Notes: generated from the letters alone by a model not told the origin. Counted from the first letter of the stretch, positions 31,090 to 41,532 are shown. The stretch is 64,000 nt of DNA from Steroidobacteraceae bacterium (GCA_036781365.1 DAIQBB010000007.1:18169-82168); one strand, 5' to 3'. Made by a program: numbers and translations.

Positions 31090-32364
31090 ATGAATCCAGC
31101 AGTCGTTTTCGCGTTTCTCGCGATCCTCGCGACCGGCTTGCAGCCTGCGGAGGACCCTGCGCTCGAACATGCGCGCGAGCTATTGAAGATGCATCCGTTG
31201 ATCGACGGGCACAACGACCTCCCGGCGGTCATTCGCGAGAGCGGAAAGCCGCCGCGCGACGTCGCGGCCTATGACCTGAACCGGCGCACCGCGGGCGATA
31301 CGGACATCGGCCGCCTGCGCGAAGGCGGTGTGGGCGGGCAGTTCTGGTCAGTGTGGATACCGAGCTTGCCCGAAGTCGGCAAGCGCGGCTTCGCGCGAAT
31401 CCAGCTCGAACAGATCGACATCGCGCTGCGGATGATCGAGCGCTATCCCGAGGACCTGCAGCTCGCGCTCACCGCCGACGACATCGAACGGGCAAACGCC
31501 GCAGGCCGAATCGCCTCGCTGCTCGGAATCGAAGGCGGCCACGCCATCGAGAATTCCCTCGGCGCGCTGCGCGACTATTACCGGCTCGGCGTGAGGTACA
31601 TGACGCTCACGCATTTCAACGGCAATGACTGGGCGGATGCGGCGACGGATGCGCCGCGTCATGGCGGCCTCTCGAAATTCGGCGAAGAAGTCGTGCGGGA
31701 GATGAATCGCCTCGGCATGGTAGTCGACATCTCGCATGTATCCATCGACACGATGAACGACGTGCTCGACATGGCAGAGTCGCCCGTCATGTTTTCGCAT
31801 TCGAGCGCCCTCGCTCTCACCCAAAGCCCGCGCAACGTTCCCGATTCGGTGCTCTCGCGGCTGCCGAAAAACGGCGGCGTCGTGATGGTCGATTTCATCT
31901 CGGAATTCAGCGTCATTGGCCCCGAGCACGGGCAATGGAGGGCCGGCTTCGAGGCGGCAACCGGCGGCATCAAGCTCGGCGATGCGCGCTACGACGCGGC
32001 AGTCAAGAAATACTCGGTCGATCACCCGGAACCGAAGGCGACGATCCAGGACGTCGCTGCCCACATCGAGCACGTGCGTGACGTCGCGGGAATCGATCAC
32101 GTCGGCATCGGCGCCGATTTCTTCGGTGATCCGGCGTACATGGCGACGGGACTCGAGGATACGTCGCGCTATCCACACCTGTTCGCGGAGCTCATCCGCC
32201 GCGGCTGGAGCGATGAAATGCTCGGCAAGCTAGCCCGCGGCAACGTGCTGCGCGTATTGCGCGGGGCTGAGCAGGCGGCGGCGCGACTGCAAAAAGCCCG
32301 GCCGGCCTCCTACCTGACCATCGAGCAGGTCGACGGGGGGCGTGAACTGCCCGACAAGTACTGA
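31090..32364 (+). CDS. Membrane dipeptidase (peptidase M19 family), secreted
   Basis: 424 aa with an N-terminal signal-like segment, HPLIDGHNDLP and the downstream M19 core (HVSIDTMNDVL, FSHSSA). Confidence 0.88.
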   Translation: MNPAVVFAFLAILATGLQPAEDPALEHARELLKMHPLIDGHNDLPAVIRESGKPPRDVAAYDLNRRTAGDTDIGRLREGGVGGQFWSVWIPSLPEVGKRGFARIQLEQIDIALRMIERYPEDLQLALTADDIERANAAGRIASLLGIEGGHAIENSLGALRDYYRLGVRYMTLTHFNGNDWADAATDAPRHGGLSKFGEEVVREMNRLGMVVDISHVSIDTMNDVLDMAESPVMFSHSSALALTQSPRNVPDSVLSRLPKNGGVVMVDFISEFSVIGPEHGQWRAGFEAATGGIKLGDARYDAAVKKYSVDHPEPKATIQDVAAHIEHVRDVAGIDHVGIGADFFGDPAYMATGLEDTSRYPHLFAELIRRGWSDEMLGKLARGNVLRVLRGAEQAAARLQKARPASYLTIEQVDGGRELPDKY

Positions 32365-32367
32365 GGG

Positions 32368-32880
32368 CTAGCGATCGCCTGCGAGCGCGTCCCGCACCCG
32401 GCGAAACAGCTTGCGGCCGGCCCCGGCAGCCTTGCCTGACTTCCGTTCCGCAAGCGCGGCGCCGACGAGCCGCTCCAGCTCCTGGCGGTCGGCCAGGCCA
32501 CACTCGGCCGCGAACTCCGCGATCGCCAGGTTGCCGCCTTCCACGAGCCGGTCGCGCCAGCGTTCCGCGCGGCGAAACCGGGCCGCGTCCTGGCGCGCCG
32601 CGCTGGCTGCTGCATCGAGGGCGGCCCGGATCGGCTCCGGATCGATGCCGCGCATCAGCTTGGCGACGAACTGGCGCTGCCGGACGAGTGCGCCACGGCT
32701 CGTGATCCTGCGGGCGAGCGCAATGGCATCGGCGAGCTTTTCCGGCAGCCCGAGATCCGGGATCGCTTCTGCAGGCGCGTCAATCAGGCGGTCGGCCAGA
32801 TCCTGCACGGCCTGGGCCCGTCGCTTGAGCTCGGTCTTGGTCGGCGGCGGGATGCCGCCAGGCAACTCGCGGCGGCGCAT
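32368..32880 (-). CDS. yjgA: Ribosome-associated protein YjgA/DarP (DUF615)
   Basis: 170 aa with ...KTELKRRAQAVQDLADRL...RQRQFVAKLMR. It is divergent from pmbA, as in E. coli. Confidence 0.85.
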   Translation of the reverse strand: MRRRELPGGIPPPTKTELKRRAQAVQDLADRLIDAPAEAIPDLGLPEKLADAIALARRITSRGALVRQRQFVAKLMRGIDPEPIRAALDAAASAARQDAARFRRAERWRDRLVEGGNLAIAEFAAECGLADRQELERLVGAALAERKSGKAAGAGRKLFRRVRDALAGDR

Positions 32881-32943
32881 TCATCGATGCTAGCACGCGC
32901 GCCATTGCCCGCCGCCCGAGCGCCGGTACAATTCACCGGGCCA

Positions 32944-34281
32944 ATGGCCGCCGCCGCCCAACCTGACCAGAAAGCGCTCGAGATTGTCGTCGAGCGTGCA
33001 CTCGCGCTCGCGCGCGCGGGCGGTGCCACGGCTGCCGAGGCGGGCGTCGGAGTTTCGACCGGCCTCCTCGTGACCGTGCGGCTCGGCGAAGTGGAAACAC
33101 TGGAATACCAGCGGGACCGCAGCCTCGGCGTGACCGTGTATGCCGGCCGACGCAAGGGCTCCGCGAGCACCGCCAATCTCACGCCTGCGGCGGTCGAAGA
33201 AACGATTGCGAAAGCGCTGTCCATTGCGAGCTTCACGGCTGACGACGAGTTTTCCGGCCTGCCCGACGCCGGGTTGATGGCGCAGAAAGTCCCGGACCTC
33301 GACCTGAGCCACCCCTGGGAACTCGAAGCGCCGGAGGCCGTCGAGCTCGCCAAGCGCTGCGAGGCCGCGGGGCTCGCATTTGACAAGCGGATCCGCAATT
33401 CGGAAGGCGCGTCGGTCTCGACCCATCGCAAGCTCCGCGTCTTTGGCAACAGCCATGGATTCATCGGCGGCTATCCCTCGACATCGCACAGCGTGAGCTG
33501 CGTGGTGCTCGGCCAGAACGAAGACGAGATGCAGCGCGACTTCTGGTACACGGCCGCGCGCGACTGGCGAACGCTTGAGGACGTCGAGGACGTGGGCCGC
33601 CGGGCGGCCGAGAAAGCCGTCCAGCGGCTTGGGGCGTCCAAGCTGTCGACCCGCAAGGCGCCGGTGCTTTTCTCCCCCGAACTCGCTCGCGGCCTGATCG
33701 GTCACTTGGTCGGCGCGATCGGCGGCTCCGCGCAATACCGACGCAGCAGCTTCCTGCTCGACGCGAAGGGCGAACAGATCATTCCCGAGGCAATCTCGTT
33801 GATCGAGCGGCCGCACCTGCGCGGCGCACTCGGCTCGGCGCCGTTTGACGGCGAGGGCGTCGCGACGCGCGACCGGGAGCTCGTCGTCAACGGCGTGCTT
33901 GACGGCTACCTGCTCGACTCGTATTCCGCCCGGAAGCTCGGTCTGGTCACCACCGGCAACGCCGGCGGCGTGCACAACCTCGTCATCCAGGGCCACATGC
34001 TCGACCCGAAGACGCTGCTGCGGAAGCTCGGCTCGGGCCTGCTCGTGACGGAAATGATGGGGCAGGGCGTCAATCCGGTGACCGGCGACTACTCGCGAGG
34101 TGCATCAGGATATTGGGTAGAGAACGGCGAGGTCACGCACCCCGTTCACGAGATCACGGTGGCGGGGAACCTGCGCGAGATGTTCCTCGGCATCGTGGCG
34201 CAGGGAGACGACGTGGATTGCCGCGGTGCGATCCATTCCGGATCGCTCCTGATCGACGAGATGACGATCGCCGGCGACTAG
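32944..34281 (+). CDS. pmbA: Metalloprotease PmbA (TldE)
   Basis: Internal ATG at 32944 (MAAAAQPDQKALEIVVERAL...) giving 445 aa. It is a paralogue of TldD and the partner of yjgA. Confidence 0.93.
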   Translation: MAAAAQPDQKALEIVVERALALARAGGATAAEAGVGVSTGLLVTVRLGEVETLEYQRDRSLGVTVYAGRRKGSASTANLTPAAVEETIAKALSIASFTADDEFSGLPDAGLMAQKVPDLDLSHPWELEAPEAVELAKRCEAAGLAFDKRIRNSEGASVSTHRKLRVFGNSHGFIGGYPSTSHSVSCVVLGQNEDEMQRDFWYTAARDWRTLEDVEDVGRRAAEKAVQRLGASKLSTRKAPVLFSPELARGLIGHLVGAIGGSAQYRRSSFLLDAKGEQIIPEAISLIERPHLRGALGSAPFDGEGVATRDRELVVNGVLDGYLLDSYSARKLGLVTTGNAGGVHNLVIQGHMLDPKTLLRKLGSGLLVTEMMGQGVNPVTGDYSRGASGYWVENGEVTHPVHEITVAGNLREMFLGIVAQGDDVDCRGAIHSGSLLIDEMTIAGD

Positions 34282-35627
34282 GCGGGCTGGCGGGACGCCA
34301 GGTCCCGAAGCGACATACCCTCGATTTTTTCCCGCATCGCCGATTCCAGCGAGTTCGCGACGTCGTCGGCGACGGGCTCGGTGCGCGCGCGCCACAGTAG
34401 CCATGTCGCGTATTCGCGCTCGTCGCGCACGGAATTCAGCACGTCGCAGAGCGCAATGCTCTCGAGGTCCCGTGCGGGCAGGAGCTCCTCGTCCTCCGTG
34501 AGGGTCAGCAGCCCCGCGCGCTCCAGCGAACCGGTCACGGTGCCCAGCGCCGAGCCGGGGATCTGGAGATCCTCGGCGAGCTCGCGCAGCTGCCAGGGCG
34601 GCTCGCCGGCGACGAACTTTCGCGCGATCAGCAGCATCACGGTGAATGCGAGGCGCTCGCGAAGCGCACTCGTGAGCCTGAGCGGCGCCTGCCCGACACG
34701 CAGGTAGCGCGGGTTCTGCACGTAGAAAGAGAGTTGCGCGCCGATCAGCAGGATGAGCCAGCTCACGTAAATCCAGATCAGGGCCGCGAGGAAGATCGCA
34801 AAGCCCGCGTAGATCGCGACCATCTGCGTCGCGGCCGCCACGATCTTCGTGAACACGGCGCCACTCGCGGCCCAGAGCACGCCGGCGGTGATGCCGCCCG
34901 CGATCGCGGCGCGAAAGCGGACTCGCGTGTTCGGCACGAATGAATAGAGGAAAGTGAATACGCCCGTGACGAAGAGGTAGGGTCCCAGCCTGCCGAGTCC
35001 CCGGATGACCGACCCGAATGGCTCATGCTGGGTCAGCCAGACCATAATCGAGTGACTGTTCACTGCCCCGAACAGGCTGAAGACGACGACGAGGAAAACG
35101 GGCCCGACGACCATCAGGCTCAGGTATTCGCTGACGCGGCGCATGAAGGAGCGCGGCTGTTCGACGTGCCAGGCGAAGTTGAAGGCATCCTCGAGCTTCT
35201 GGATCGTGGCCACGACGGTATAGAGCAGGAAAGCGAGACCAACGGAGCCCAGCACGTCGCCGCGCACGTTTTCCACGAAAGACATCATCTGCGTCGTCAG
35301 CTCGCCGGCCCGCTCGCCGGTCGGCCGGAGGAACTCGAAGATCAGCGGCTCGAGATCGCGGTGTACGCCAAGGCCTTTCAGTACGGCAAATGCAAATGCA
35401 ACGAGTGGCACGAGCGAGAGCAGCGTCGTGTAGACGAGACCCATTGCCCGCAGGTTCAGTTCGCCGGTGAACAAGTCGCGGATCAGCGCGAAGGGGTAGC
35501 GCAGCACGTCGAGCAGCCAGTTCGCGGGCTTCACCGCGAGGTCGTGGCGTTCGAACAGCAGCCGCTCGAATCGATTGCGCAGGTCCGCGGGCAGGATCAT
35601 CACGGCAGCGTGGCACAGGGCTTTCAT
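34278..35627 (-). CDS. YihY/BrkB-family inner membrane protein with a C-terminal soluble extension
   Basis: 449 aa. The first ~300 aa are multi-TM YihY-like (…YAGFAIFLAALIWIYVSWLILLIGAQLSFY). The C-terminal ~150 aa are soluble (…ELAEDLQIPGSALGTVTGSLERAGLL…). Confidence 0.8.
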   Translation of the reverse strand: MKALCHAAVMILPADLRNRFERLLFERHDLAVKPANWLLDVLRYPFALIRDLFTGELNLRAMGLVYTTLLSLVPLVAFAFAVLKGLGVHRDLEPLIFEFLRPTGERAGELTTQMMSFVENVRGDVLGSVGLAFLLYTVVATIQKLEDAFNFAWHVEQPRSFMRRVSEYLSLMVVGPVFLVVVFSLFGAVNSHSIMVWLTQHEPFGSVIRGLGRLGPYLFVTGVFTFLYSFVPNTRVRFRAAIAGGITAGVLWAASGAVFTKIVAAATQMVAIYAGFAIFLAALIWIYVSWLILLIGAQLSFYVQNPRYLRVGQAPLRLTSALRERLAFTVMLLIARKFVAGEPPWQLRELAEDLQIPGSALGTVTGSLERAGLLTLTEDEELLPARDLESIALCDVLNSVRDEREYATWLLWRARTEPVADDVANSLESAMREKIEGMSLRDLASRQPA

Positions 35628-35666
35628 GCCCGCAAACCGACCCGACTTCGCCTGCTAGAGTGCGCG

Positions 35667-36470
35667 ATGCCCGGCGACTACCCGGAACGAATCGTCTGCC
35701 TGACCGAGGAGACTACGGAGACCCTGTACCTCCTCGGCGAGGACCGGCGCATCGTCGGCATCTCCGGCTTTACGGTGCGTCCGCCCCAGGCGCGGCGCGA
35801 AAAGCCCCGCGTGTCGGCCTTCACGAGCGCGAAGATCGGCCGCATTCGCGAGCTCGAGCCAGACCTCGTGCTCGGCTTCTCGGACCTGCAGGCGGACATT
35901 GCGGCCGAACTTGCGCGCGCGGGAATCGAAGTTCACCTGTTCAATCACCGAAGCGTTGCGGAAATCCTTCGAATGATCCGCATGCTGGGCGGGATGATCG
36001 GCTGCGAAACCAAGGCCGCAGCGCTCGCCGACCGGCTGGCGGAAGGCGTGGAAGTCGTGAGGACGGCCGCTTCGAGGTTACCGCGCCGGCCTCGCGTCTA
36101 TTTCGAAGAATGGGACGAGCCGCTGATCGCCGGGATCCGCTGGGTCGGCGAAGTGATCGAGATTGCGGGCGGCGAAAACTGCTTTCCGGAGCTTGCGGCC
36201 ATGTCCCTCGGTCGCGATCGCATCATCGCGGACCCCGCGGAAGTCCCGAGGCGAGCGCCCGACATCATTTTCGGTTCCTGGTGCGGCAAGAAATTCCGGC
36301 CGGAGAGGATCGCGGCGCGGTCAGGCTGGGGCGAGATTCCCGCCGTGCGAGACGGCGAGCTGCACGAGATCAAGTCCGCGATCATCCTGCAGCCAGGGCC
36401 GGCGGCGCTGACCGACGGGCTCGCGGAGATCCACGCGCACATCGTGCGCTGGGCAACTTGCAAACACTAA
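35667..36470 (+). CDS. Cobalamin/siderophore-type periplasmic-binding-protein-fold protein lacking a signal peptide
   Basis: Internal ATG at 35667 (MPGDYPERIVCLTEETTETLYLLGEDRRIVGISGF...) giving 267 aa. The pattern is BtuF/PBP type-8-like. The track ORF 35025.. is over-extended antisense into yihY. Confidence 0.7.
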   Translation: MPGDYPERIVCLTEETTETLYLLGEDRRIVGISGFTVRPPQARREKPRVSAFTSAKIGRIRELEPDLVLGFSDLQADIAAELARAGIEVHLFNHRSVAEILRMIRMLGGMIGCETKAAALADRLAEGVEVVRTAASRLPRRPRVYFEEWDEPLIAGIRWVGEVIEIAGGENCFPELAAMSLGRDRIIADPAEVPRRAPDIIFGSWCGKKFRPERIAARSGWGEIPAVRDGELHEIKSAIILQPGPAALTDGLAEIHAHIVRWATCKH

Positions 36471-36513
36471 AGGGGACGCACCCCTTCGCGAATATGAAGG
36501 GGTGCGTCCCCTT
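36469..36513. terminator. Perfect 17-bp inverted repeat between the convergent PBP-like gene and purC (GGGGACG-core element)
   Basis: Arms aaggggacgcacccctt (36469-85) and aaggggtgcgtcccctt (36497-513) with an 11-nt loop. Each arm is itself self-complementary (aagggg...cccctt). It starts inside the upstream stop codon. Confidence 0.7.
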
Positions 36514-36519
36514 CGGTGT

Positions 36520-37407
36520 TCAGCCGGTCAGGCGGCGCTCGGCCTCGCGGTACTTTTCGACCGTTCCGTCGATCACTTCGCGCGGCAGGCGCGGACCGGG
36601 CGGCCGCTTGTTCCAGTCGAGGGTCTCGAGATAGTCGCGCACGTACTGCTTGTCGAAGGAGGGTGGACTCACACCCTCCCGGTAGCCGTCAGCGCGCCAG
36701 AAGCGGGATGAGTCCGGCGTCAGCGCCTCGTCCATCAGGACGACCTGCCCGTCCGCGTCGAGCCCGAACTCGAACTTCGTGTCGGCAATGATGATTCCGC
36801 GCCTCCTCGCGTAGTCGGCGGCAAAGCCGTAGAGCGCGAGCGCGAGATCCCTGATGCGAGCCGCCGTCGCCGCGCCGACCGTCTTCTCGATTTCGGCGAA
36901 ATCCACGTTCTCGTCGTGCTGGCCCGCCGCCGCCTTGGTGGCTGGCGTGAAGATCGGGGCCGGAAGCCGGGATGCAAGCGCGAGGCCGGCGGGCAAGGCG
37001 ATGCCGCAGATACGACCGTCGCGCTGGTAGTCCTTCCAGCCGGAACCGATCAGGTAGCCGCGCACCACGGCCTCGACAGGCAGTGGCTTCAATCGGCGGA
37101 CGACGACTGCGCGACCTTCGAGCAGGACGCGTTCGGCGGGATTCATGACGTGGCGTGACAAGGGCTCGCCGGTCAGGTGATTGGCGACGATGTGGCGCGT
37201 ACGCTCAAACCAGAAATTCGAGATCGACGTGAGCACGCGGCCTTTTCCGGGTATCGGGTCGGGCAGGACGACATCGAATGCAGACAGGCGATCGCTCGCC
37301 ACGATCAACAGGCGGTCGTCGCCGATTGCGTAGTTGTCGCGCACCTTGCCGCGGTGAAGCAGTGGGTGCGAGCGGAGATTCGATTCGAACAGCGAGTCTG
37401 AATTCAT
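36520..37407 (-). CDS. purC: SAICAR synthetase (long form)
   Basis: 295 aa with ...[30 protein letters not shown]... Confidence 0.95.
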   Translation of the reverse strand: MNSDSLFESNLRSHPLLHRGKVRDNYAIGDDRLLIVASDRLSAFDVVLPDPIPGKGRVLTSISNFWFERTRHIVANHLTGEPLSRHVMNPAERVLLEGRAVVVRRLKPLPVEAVVRGYLIGSGWKDYQRDGRICGIALPAGLALASRLPAPIFTPATKAAAGQHDENVDFAEIEKTVGAATAARIRDLALALYGFAADYARRRGIIIADTKFEFGLDADGQVVLMDEALTPDSSRFWRADGYREGVSPPSFDKQYVRDYLETLDWNKRPPGPRLPREVIDGTVEKYREAERRLTG

Positions 37408-37466
37408 GCGGTGCGCGCACTTGCTAACATGGCGCGCGCGGGGCGGTCAAGAAACATGGAACCTCG

Positions 37467-38282
37467 ATGAACTGGATCGGCAAGTTGGTCGGTGCGCTGT
37501 TGGGCTATGTCCTGACCCGGCGTCCGATGGGCGTGCTGCTCGGGATGATCGTCGGCCACCTGTACGATCAGTACGCAGCGGCGCGACGCACGGGTCCGCG
37601 CGCGGACCTCGCGACCGTGCGCGAGACCTTCTTCCGCACGGCATTCAGCGTGATGGGACATGTCGCGAAGGCGGATGGGCGGGTCTCGGAGCAGGACATC
37701 GCCGCGGCGCGGCGCATCTTCCGGCAATTCAGCCTGAACGAAGCCGACACGCGCGCTGCGATGCAGTTCTACACGAGCGGCAAGGCGGAGGGATTCGACC
37801 TCGAGTCGGCGCTCGCGGAACTTGCCAATGCCTGCCGGGGGCGGGAGGCCGTGCTCCGGATGTTTCTCGAGATCCAGATGCGCGCGGCACTCTTCGGCGA
37901 CGGACTCGCAGGCCCGAGCCGCGCGCTGCTGATGCGGATCGCCCAGGCGCTCGGCATCGGCGCGCTGGAATTCGCGCATCTCGAGGCGCTGTTGCGCTTC
38001 CAGGCCCATGCGGGTGCTTATGGCCCGGCTGGCGGCGGATACCAGGGTGCGGCTCGCGGGACTGCGACGGCGCTCGCGGAGGCCTACGAGCTGCTCGGCG
38101 TCCCGCAGACCGCGAGCGACGCCGAGGTCAAGCGGGCATACCGCAAGCTCATGAGTGAAAACCATCCTGACAAGCTGGTCGCACGCGGACTTCCGGAATC
38201 CATGCTGGAAATTGCGAAGCAGAAGACGCAGGCGATCCAGGCCGCATGGGAGCGCGTCCGCGAAGCGCGCGGCTTGCGCTAG
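37467..38282 (+). CDS. djlA: Co-chaperone DjlA
   Basis: 271 aa with an N-terminal TM (MNWIGKLVGALLGYVL), a TerB-like middle region and a C-terminal J domain AYELLGVPQTASDAEVKRAYRKLMSENHPDKL. Confidence 0.88.
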   Translation: MNWIGKLVGALLGYVLTRRPMGVLLGMIVGHLYDQYAAARRTGPRADLATVRETFFRTAFSVMGHVAKADGRVSEQDIAAARRIFRQFSLNEADTRAAMQFYTSGKAEGFDLESALAELANACRGREAVLRMFLEIQMRAALFGDGLAGPSRALLMRIAQALGIGALEFAHLEALLRFQAHAGAYGPAGGGYQGAARGTATALAEAYELLGVPQTASDAEVKRAYRKLMSENHPDKLVARGLPESMLEIAKQKTQAIQAAWERVREARGLR

Positions 38283-38291
38283 AGTACGCGC

Positions 38292-38957
38292 ATGCCGCAA
38301 GCCGTCATCGCGCCTTCCATACTTTCCGCGGATTTCGCCCGGCTCGGCGAAGAAGTGGACGCAGTGCTCGAGGCGGGCGCCGACTGGGTGCATTTCGACG
38401 TGATGGACAACCACTACGTCCCGAACCTCACCATCGGACCGCTCGTCTGCAAGGCGTTGCGCAAACATGGCGTCAAGGCGCCGATCGACGTCCACCTGAT
38501 GGTGGACCCGGTGGACCGCCTGGTGCCGGAATTCGCCGAGGCCGGCGCAACCTGGATCAGCTTTCACCCCGAGGCGAGCCGCCACGTTGACCGCACGATC
38601 CAGCTGATTCGGGATTCCGGCTGCAAGCCGGGCATCGTGCTGAATCCCGCGACGCCGCTTTCCTGGCTCGATCATACGCTCGAGTCCGTCGACCTCCTGC
38701 TCCTGATGTCGGTCAATCCCGGGTTTGGGGGGCAGCGGTTCATCGAGCCGGTCCTCGGCAAGCTGACGGCGGCGCGGCGTCGCATCGATGCCAGCGGGCG
38801 TGAAGTCCGGCTCGAGATCGACGGAGGGGTGACCCTCGAGAACATCGCGTCGATTGCGCGTGCCGGCGCAGATGCGTTTGTCTCGGGCAGTGCGATCTTC
38901 GGGACGAAGGACTATGCGGCGACGATCGGCGCCATGCGCAAGGCGATCGGAAAATAA
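38292..38957 (+). CDS. rpe: Ribulose-phosphate 3-epimerase
   Basis: 221 aa: [17 protein letters not shown]...[14 protein letters not shown]. Confidence 0.96.
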   Translation: MPQAVIAPSILSADFARLGEEVDAVLEAGADWVHFDVMDNHYVPNLTIGPLVCKALRKHGVKAPIDVHLMVDPVDRLVPEFAEAGATWISFHPEASRHVDRTIQLIRDSGCKPGIVLNPATPLSWLDHTLESVDLLLLMSVNPGFGGQRFIEPVLGKLTAARRRIDASGREVRLEIDGGVTLENIASIARAGADAFVSGSAIFGTKDYAATIGAMRKAIGK

Positions 38958-38979
38958 AGGTGACCGTCCCCTTTATTTT
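38951..38979. terminator. Bidirectional hairpin shared by the convergent rpe and crp
   Basis: Stem aaaataaagg (38951-60) / cctttatttt (38970-79) with a 9-nt loop containing ccgtcc. A/T runs lie on both sides. It overlaps both stop codons and carries the GTCCCCTTT core. Confidence 0.7.
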
Positions 38980-39671
38980 GCAGCCGCGACCGCGGCCTTG
39001 GCGAACTCAGGAGCCGCGCGAGCCTTGACCTTGGGACGCGCGCCGAACACGACGATCGTCTTGCCGCGCGCCGTCAAAAGTCCCTGTTCCTCGAGCACCT
39101 TCAGCACACGGCCCGCCATTTCGCGCGAGCAGCCGACCAGGCGCGACAACTCCTGCCGGCTCACCTTGATCTGCATGCCCTGCGGGTGGGTCATCGCGTC
39201 CGGCTCGCCGCAGAGATCCATGATGGCGTGGGCAATGCGGCCGGTGACGTCGACGAAGGCGAGGTCGCCGAGCTTGCGGTTCGTGCGGTCGAGACGGGTC
39301 GCGAGCTGGGTCGCGAGCTCGAACACCAGGCCCGGGCTTTCCGACGCGACCTGACGGAAGCGCGGGTAGGTCATTTCGGCAAGCTCGCACTGGGTGCGGG
39401 TCCGGACCCAGGCGCTGCGCTGCTGGCTATCCGAGAAGAGGCCCATCTCGCCGAAGAACTGGCCCTTGTTCAGGTAGGCGAGGACCATTTCATTGCCGTC
39501 CTCGTCCTCGATCATGACTTCGACGGAGCCGCGGATGATGTAGTAGAGGACATCTGGCAGGTCGCCGGCGTGGATCAGCGCTGTCTTGGACGGCACCGTG
39601 CGCACGCGGCAGTAACTGAGGAAGCGATTGATCGCCGGGATATCGGTCAGTTGCTTGACGGCTTCTTCCAT
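38973..39671 (-). CDS. crp: Crp/Fnr-family cyclic-nucleotide-binding transcription factor (CRP/Clp/Vfr-like)
   Basis: 232 aa with cNMP-binding GQFFGEMGLF, the HTH RQELSRLVGCSREMAGRVLKVLEEQGLL and a Lys/Ala-rich C-terminal tail. Confidence 0.88.
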   Translation of the reverse strand: MEEAVKQLTDIPAINRFLSYCRVRTVPSKTALIHAGDLPDVLYYIIRGSVEVMIEDEDGNEMVLAYLNKGQFFGEMGLFSDSQQRSAWVRTRTQCELAEMTYPRFRQVASESPGLVFELATQLATRLDRTNRKLGDLAFVDVTGRIAHAIMDLCGEPDAMTHPQGMQIKVSRQELSRLVGCSREMAGRVLKVLEEQGLLTARGKTIVVFGARPKVKARAAPEFAKAAVAAAK

Positions 39672-39776
39672 TGGGCTCCCCTGGGGTGATTGCCGCGCGG
39701 CTCGACGGCCGTGGCTTTCCCGCCCGCCGTTGTATTACAGCCCCGCATGCATCGCAAGATATAAGTCAGACATCGA

Positions 39777-40415
39777 TCATATCCAGTATGCCGTGCTGGT
39801 CATGAACCTGGAGGTCAGGCGCATGAGGCACGGCACAGGGTCCGGTAAGCTCGCGGCGCCCGCCGCGATGGCCGCGCGCCCGTGATTCATCTCGTCCGCC
39901 TGCATCTGTTCGACGATGGCGCGGCTGCGGGCGTCGTCGGCGGGCAGGCGTTCGAGATGATCCGCGAGATGACCTTCGACCTGTTTCTCGGTTTCGGCCA
40001 TGAATCCGAGGCTGGCTCGGTCACCAAAGAGGCCCGCGAGGGCGCCGATTGCGACCGACCCCGCGTACCAGAGCGGATTCAACAGGGAAGGTCGCGAACC
40101 GAGCTCGTCGAGCCGATCCCGGCACCAGGCCAGGTGGTCGCCTTCTTCGGCAGCCGCCTTACGCAGCGCATTGCGCGTTTCAGGGTGCCGGGCCGTCATC
40201 GCCTGGCCGTGGTAAAGGCCCTGGGCCGCAATCTCCCCCGCATGATTGACCCGCATCAGGCCGGCGGCATGGCGGCGGCGGCCCAGATCCACCGGCGTCG
40301 CACCCGGATTTCCGGGGGTCGGCCGGCTGCTCGAAGGCCTCGCAAGGCTGCCGCGCAGGCCGTTATCCGCCAGTTCAAGCAGGCGATCGAGGGGGGTAAG
40401 GACGCGCGGGTCCAT
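39777..40415 (-). CDS. coq7: Demethoxyubiquinone hydroxylase (Coq7-type di-iron)
   Basis: The internal ATG at 40415 ([13 protein letters not shown]...) or 40424 is the likely start. The ExxH di-iron motifs are [10 protein letters not shown] and QADEMNHG. The track ORF start at 40508 is over-extended. Confidence 0.88.
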   Translation of the reverse strand: MDPRVLTPLDRLLELADNGLRGSLARPSSSRPTPGNPGATPVDLGRRRHAAGLMRVNHAGEIAAQGLYHGQAMTARHPETRNALRKAAAEEGDHLAWCRDRLDELGSRPSLLNPLWYAGSVAIGALAGLFGDRASLGFMAETEKQVEGHLADHLERLPADDARSRAIVEQMQADEMNHGRAAIAAGAASLPDPVPCLMRLTSRFMTSTAYWI

Positions 40416-40491
40416 GCAACGCATATTATATAGCCATACGCCCCGCGCTTCCCTTGGCGCGACAAGGACTTGCAAGCACCGCCGTGCGGCT

Positions 40492-40519
40492 TTGCAAGCC
40501 CCCGCCATCTGTGTAAACT
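40492..40519 (+). promoter_or_regulatory. Candidate sigma70 promoter of rplM-rpsI
   Basis: ttgcaa (40492-97), a 16-nt spacer, then taaact (40514-19), about 40 nt upstream of the rplM ATG. This is pattern match only. Confidence 0.3.
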
Positions 40520-40560
40520 TGCCGGCCTTTCACGAACCCGACCCTATTCAGGGGCCCAAG

Positions 40561-40989
40561 ATGAAGACGGTTTTTGCGAAGCCAGAGCGCGTGCGTCGCG
40601 ACTGGTACCTGGTGGACGCGTCCGGAAAGACGCTCGGCCGGCTCGCCACCCAGATCGCCATGCGGCTGCGGGGCAAGCACAAGCCGGAGTTCACGCCGCA
40701 TGTCGATTGCGGCGACTACATCATCGTCATCAATGCCGAAAAGGTGGCCGTGACCGGCAACAAGCTGCGCGACAAGCTCTACCAGCAGCACACGGGCTAC
40801 CTGGGCAACCTGAAGACGATCGCGCTCGGCAAGCTCCTCGCTGAGCACCCGGAGCGGGCAATCGAGTACGCAGTCAAGGGAATGCTGCCGAAGACGATCC
40901 TGGGTCGCCAGATGTTCCGCAAGCTCCACGTGTTCGCCGGCGGCGCGCATCCCCATGCCGCGCAGCAGCCGAAGCAGCTCGAGATTTAA
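40561..40989 (+). CDS. rplM: 50S ribosomal protein L13
   Basis: Internal ATG at 40561 giving 142 aa: [30 protein letters not shown]. Confidence 0.97.
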   Translation: MKTVFAKPERVRRDWYLVDASGKTLGRLATQIAMRLRGKHKPEFTPHVDCGDYIIVINAEKVAVTGNKLRDKLYQQHTGYLGNLKTIALGKLLAEHPERAIEYAVKGMLPKTILGRQMFRKLHVFAGGAHPHAAQQPKQLEI

Positions 40990-40998
40990 GGACCCGAC

Positions 40999-41391
40999 AT
41001 GGCAACGACTGCAATCGTCACGACCGGCCGGCGCAAGTCATCCGCAGCGCGCGTCTTCATGAAGCCCGGCAAGGGCACGATCACGGTCAACGGCCGTCCG
41101 CTGGACGAGTTCTTCGGCCGCAAGACGGGCGTCATGATCGCGCGCCAGCCGCTCGAGCTCGTGCAGATGACGGACCGGCTCGACGTGAACGTGCTGGTCG
41201 AAGGTGGCGGCATCACCGGCCAGGCCGGCGCTATCCGCCACGGCATTACGCGCGCGCTGATTGAATACGATTCGGAGCTGCGCAAGCCTCTGCGGGCCGC
41301 CGGCTTCGTGACCCGCGACGCTCGCGAGGTCGAGCGCAAGAAAGTCGGCCGGCGCAAGGCACGCCGCGGGACGCAGTTCAGCAAGCGCTGA
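40999..41391 (+). CDS. rpsI: 30S ribosomal protein S9
   Basis: 130 aa ending in ...[11 protein letters not shown]. Confidence 0.97.
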   Translation: MATTAIVTTGRRKSSAARVFMKPGKGTITVNGRPLDEFFGRKTGVMIARQPLELVQMTDRLDVNVLVEGGGITGQAGAIRHGITRALIEYDSELRKPLRAAGFVTRDAREVERKKVGRRKARRGTQFSKR

Positions 41392-41417
41392 TACTCTGAC
41401 CAAGGACGAACCACATT

Positions 41418-41491
41418 TGGGGGATCGTCTAGCGGTAGGACTGCGGACTCTGACTCCGCCAACCTAGGTTCGAATCCTAGTCCCCCAGCCA
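41418..41491 (+). tRNA. tRNA-Gln (anticodon CUG)
   Basis: 74 nt. Acceptor stem tggggga/tccccca, T-arm ctagg-ttcgaat-cctag, and anticodon stem gcgga/tccgc with loop cuCUGac. The 3' CCA is encoded. Confidence 0.92.
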
Positions 41492-41493
41492 AC

Positions 41494-41532
41494 AAAGCAA
41501 GAGAGCCGGCCATGTACCGGCTCTCTTGCTTT
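41494..41532. terminator. 16-bp perfect hairpin after tRNA-Gln (also faces the convergent rpiA-methyltransferase unit)
   Basis: Stem aaagcaagagagccgg / ccggctctcttgcttt with a 7-nt loop. Short A/T tracts lie on both flanks. Confidence 0.6.

Noticed and set aside
35628-35666. Cobalamin riboswitch upstream of the cobalamin-binding-like gene
   Set aside because: The spacer is only 39 nt, far too short for the aptamer, and no B12-box is seen.
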